A DNA stretch of 37,829 nucleotides from UHGV virus genome UHGV-0310098, one strand, 5' to 3'. The translations under genes were made by a program, and so were the position numbers. Origin of the DNA: a virus. The notes beneath the pieces are model-generated. The model had not been told where the DNA came from. It saw only the letters and a list, made by a program, of their open reading frames with translations, and ran no database searches. Of the stretch, positions 34,779 through 37,829 are shown piece by piece. Position 1 is the first letter of the stretch, and the number at the start of each line of letters is the position of its first letter.

Positions 34779-34810
34779 AAATGAAATGTTAAAAACAGAA
34801 AGGAGATTAA

Positions 34811-35587
34811 ATGAATAATTTAACAGTATTCGAACAAAACGGTCAGTTACTCACCGACAGTAGAGAAGTAGCAATGATGGTAGGAAAAGACCATGCAAAA
34901 CTCTTAAGAGATATCAAAGGATATGTCAAACATCTTACTGAAGCCAATTTTGGATTGAGTGAATATTTCATTGAATCAGAGTACAAAGACAGTACCGGAA
35001 GAACACTTCCATGTTACCTCTGCACAAAGAAAGGATGCGACATGATCGCCAACAAAATGACCGGAAAGAAAGGTGTCATTTTCACAGCTACATATATTGA
35101 AGCATTCGAGAAGATGAAAGATTTCATCGAAAAGGGAACACAGTACGTTGGCATTCCATTAAAAGAACAGGTGGAATCACTGGAAGTGGTAGCAAGCATG
35201 TTAAGAATGAACGATGCAAGCAAGTTGCTGATGCTGAAAGGGTTCTATGATTCTTACCATATTCCGACAGGATTCTTACCGAATTATGAGTTCAACGGCA
35301 ATAGGGAAATGAAGTCACTCACAGCACTACTGAAAGAAAATAATCTCGGAATCAGTGCAGTGCAGTTCAATAAGAAGCTTCTATCTGCCGGAATCTTGGA
35401 AGAAAAGGAACGCAAGTCCAGTAAGGGAATGGTGAAGAAGTTCAAATCACTGACGGAGAAAGGTTTGAGATACGGTGAAAATGCAGTCAGTCCTCATAAT
35501 CAGAAAGAAGTGCAGCCGTTGTATTACAGTGACACGTTTAATGAACTGTTTGATATGGTGATGACTGCTGACTTATCGGAATGGTAG
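34811..35587 (+). CDS. Rha-family phage regulatory protein / antirepressor
   Basis: N-terminus MNNLTVFEQNGQLLTDSREVAMMVGKDHAKLLRDIKGYV is the Phage_pRha signature. AAAGGAG RBS. Confidence 0.7.
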   Translation: MNNLTVFEQNGQLLTDSREVAMMVGKDHAKLLRDIKGYVKHLTEANFGLSEYFIESEYKDSTGRTLPCYLCTKKGCDMIANKMTGKKGVIFTATYIEAFEKMKDFIEKGTQYVGIPLKEQVESLEVVASMLRMNDASKLLMLKGFYDSYHIPTGFLPNYEFNGNREMKSLTALLKENNLGISAVQFNKKLLSAGILEEKERKSSKGMVKKFKSLTEKGLRYGENAVSPHNQKEVQPLYYSDTFNELFDMVMTADLSEW

Positions 35588-35619
35588 AGGGCAGAGTAGT
35601 AGGAAATGTGGTGATAAAA

Positions 35620-35826
35620 ATGGGAGCTACAAAGAGTTTAGCAAGGTATGTGCAAGAGAACTCAGTCAATCTTTCGGCAATGTCAAGAGAAACTGGTATT
35701 CCGTACATGGCGTTGTATGACAGCCTTGCAAATAAAAAAAGAGCTCGTCTGCTATCGTTTGATGAAGCACTTGTTATATGCAGATTTCTTGGAGTAAACC
35801 CGATGGATTTTGCGGAGGAAAAGTGA
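35620..35826 (+). CDS. small HTH (XRE-like) protein
   Basis: ATG at 35620 after GGTGA. The track ORF from 35581 overlaps the Rha gene. Motif LSAMSRETGIPYMALYDSL. Confidence 0.45.
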   Translation: MGATKSLARYVQENSVNLSAMSRETGIPYMALYDSLANKKRARLLSFDEALVICRFLGVNPMDFAEEK

Positions 35827-35829
35827 AAA

Positions 35830-36008
35830 ATGAAGATAGGCGTAGATACAGAAAACAGAGAAGAATATTTATTAAAAATTCTAAAAGAAGATATTCCGGT
35901 TAAGGAGATGGAAGAGCGTATTTTTAAAGAAATTGGAGAAAGACCTATTATAGATATGAACTGTGGGATGGAACCAGGAGTTTCAGGAAAGCCAGAATCT
36001 ACTTTATA
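35830..36008 (+). CDS. hypothetical 59-aa protein
   Basis: ATG four nt after the previous stop. Its 3' end overlaps the stop of the convergent - strand gene by 10 nt. Confidence 0.3.
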
Positions 36009-36754
36009 GATTCTGACAAACCGAAAATATTTGAAATTTCGATTAATGCGCTACGACATTCTGCAGCGGAAATGGATATCCATTCCAGTAAAGCATCCGA
36101 CAAAGAACTTGTATCACTTATATTGCAGAGAAGTGGAACAGCACTCCAAGTATTCGGATGCGATTGAAAAATAGGAAGCAATCGGTTAGCTATATACGAA
36201 TTCATATCTCGCAGATATGGATCAGAATCTAATTTTTTTGCAAGCTGTGTTTTTGGTGTTTTACAAAGCTGCGATATTTCAAATGGAATTGCTTTTTGCA
36301 CATCATTTTCAACATAAGTTTTAAAACAAGGATAGTACAATTGTCCGTCTGCAGTCATTAGGTTAATGGCGGTATTTTGCCAATATTCGGAAAGTTTTGG
36401 TAAAAAATAGTATGACGAAAGTTCACAAATGGACTCTTCAAGCCATCGTAAATTCTGTTGTACTTTTCCATGAATGACTGTGTGACACATTTCATGAGCA
36501 AGCTGATATGCAAGTCGTGACCACGAGGATGGATTTGAGTTCAAGATAATCAAATCTGACTCTTTAAAACAAGCGGGGCATTCCCGTTCCTTCTGAATAG
36601 TTATTGTGGTTGAAACGCTTTGTATAGGGAGAACTTCGTTCATTACTCGAAGAAGCGTATCTATTACAAGCAACATATTTTCATCTGCTGTATCCGATTT
36701 ACCGCAATTGAAATGAATTTGAGGAAAAGAATTAATAGAAATAAGCTTTCCCAT
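35999..36754 (-). CDS. HExxH-motif protein (putative zinc-dependent peptidase fold) encoded antisense to the early operon
   Basis: 251 aa with YQLAHEMCHTVIHG. ATG at 36754 eight nt after GGAGG. Own promoter at 36789-36817. AT-rich. Confidence 0.55.
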   Translation of the reverse strand: MGKLISINSFPQIHFNCGKSDTADENMLLVIDTLLRVMNEVLPIQSVSTTITIQKERECPACFKESDLIILNSNPSSWSRLAYQLAHEMCHTVIHGKVQQNLRWLEESICELSSYYFLPKLSEYWQNTAINLMTADGQLYYPCFKTYVENDVQKAIPFEISQLCKTPKTQLAKKLDSDPYLRDMNSYIANRLLPIFQSHPNTWSAVPLLCNISDTSSLSDALLEWISISAAECRSALIEISNIFGLSESIK

Positions 36755-36782
36755 TTTAAAAACCTCCACATTAAATGATTAT

Positions 36783-36817
36783 GAAAATATTTTAACATGA
36801 AGTTAAAATATTTTCAA
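36783..36817 (-). promoter_or_regulatory. promoter for the HExxH gene (TTGAAA, 17 nt, TAAAAT on - strand) overlapped by a 14-bp inverted repeat GAAAATATTTTAAC/GTTAAAATATTTTC
   Basis: -10 at 36789-36794 and -35 at 36812-36817. Palindrome arms at 36783-36796 and 36802-36815. Confidence 0.4.
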
Positions 36818-37083
36818 GTTTCAAAGGGAAACAAACCGATTTTAGAAAGGAGAAAAAATGAAAACAAGAAAAGATTTTTTAACAGATGAACAGGTAGAAC
36901 AGGAAATTGAAAGATTGAATCAATCTGATGCCGCACAGCTTTTTATATAGGAACAGCGCATTAAATATAAGAGGAGACAGTACCTGTATCAACTCAGATG
37001 CCATGAGAAGAGAGGAAAGCAGTTAATCCGTGACGGAGTGAAGATGGAACAGCTTGAGTTGATGGAAAAGGAGATGGAAGAGT

Positions 37084-37209
37084 GATGTTGGAAGTACTTG
37101 GAAGTATCGCTACTATTGCAGCAACAATAGTACAAGCTGTAAGCGTAGTGCGTCTTATGAAGATTGAAAAGGAACTGAATAAAATGTACAAAAGGAGATC
37201 AAATGAACG
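37084..37209 (+). CDS. 41-aa small hydrophobic protein
   Basis: MLEVLGSIATIAATIVQAVSVVRLMKIEKELNKMYKRRSNE; weak RBS. Confidence 0.25.
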
Positions 37210-37829
37210 AATTAAAAGTAATTGAAAATGAACTTGTCCCAGTATACGAGACAAGTACAGGAGAAAAAGTAGTATACGGTTCAGAACTGCATGAGGTTCT
37301 TGGAGTTAAAAGCAGATTTAACGATTGGGTTAAAAATAGACTTGGAGACGTAGATGCTTGCGAGAAAGAAGATTTTGATACGCTTACTAAAAATTTAGTA
37401 AACGGCGGAACGCAGAAGGAATACATAATCAAACTGGATACTGCCAAAGAAATGGCAATGCTTGAGCGGAACGAAAAAGGAAAGCAAGTACGCAGATATT
37501 TCATTCGGGTAGAAAAGAAATACAAAGCGGCATCTCTTGCCACACAAGAACTCTCACCGCAGTTACAGGTCATGATCAACTTGGAAATCGAGCAGAAGCG
37601 TCAGGCAGAGAAGCTTGAGCACGTGGAAGAACGGATTGAAAGCATCCGTGAGGTTGTTGCAATCGATACAACATCATGGAGAGAAGATACCGGAAGAATC
37701 TTGAGAAAAATTGGTATGGAGTGCGGAGACAGCAAGTCTTATCAAGATGTAAGAAGGGAATCCTATCAGTTGTTAGAAAAACGCATGGGAGTGAATGTGA
37801 AGCAGAGACTCACAAACAAGCGCAGAAGA
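37202..37829 (+). CDS. Bro-N/AntA-type antirepressor, 3'-truncated by the window end
   Basis: N-terminus ELVPVYETSTGEKVVYGSELHEVLGVKSRFNDWVKNRL is the Bro-N/ORF6N signature. AAAAGGAG RBS. No stop before position 37829. Confidence 0.6.

Overview
The window reads as a nearly complete temperate siphovirus (prophage-like) genome of a low-GC Gram-positive host, circularly permuted relative to the usual prophage map. Gene order, left to right, is as follows. An early and recombination region (hexapeptide-repeat protein, Gp157-like, Rad52/Sak-like, NinB-like, HNH-like, RusA, replisome organizer). A block of small unknown ORFs. An orphan C5-cytosine methyltransferase and a NUMOD4/HNH homing-type endonuclease. 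A YopX/DUF551 cluster. A sigma-like late activator. A terminator, a tRNA-like remnant and an intact tRNA-Asn(GUU). Then packaging (TerS, TerL, portal, head morphogenesis, scaffold, capsid, a small collagen-like protein), head-tail joining, major tail, chaperones, a Com-like zinc ribbon, tape measure, Dit, and a 1268-aa collagen-repeat tail fibre. Then lysis (XhlA-like, holin, amidase-type endolysin). Then a 3' tRNA-Lys fragment that looks like the attP core next to a tyrosine integrase. Then a minus-strand lysogeny block (DinD-like protein, TM2-domain membrane protein, ImmA-like HExxH peptidase, XRE repressor) facing a Cro-like gene across a divergent promoter region. That region carries four copies of a 15-bp palindromic operator. 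It is followed by Rha and Bro-N antirepressors and a minus-strand HExxH-motif gene with its own palindrome-overlapped promoter. All family assignments are by remembered motifs and synteny; no database search was run. The items most worth follow-up are the DinD homolog next to int, the antisense-embedded HExxH gene, the operator layout that also gates the antirepressor, the attP-like tRNA fragment with its upstream promoter, and the modular collagen-like tail fibre.
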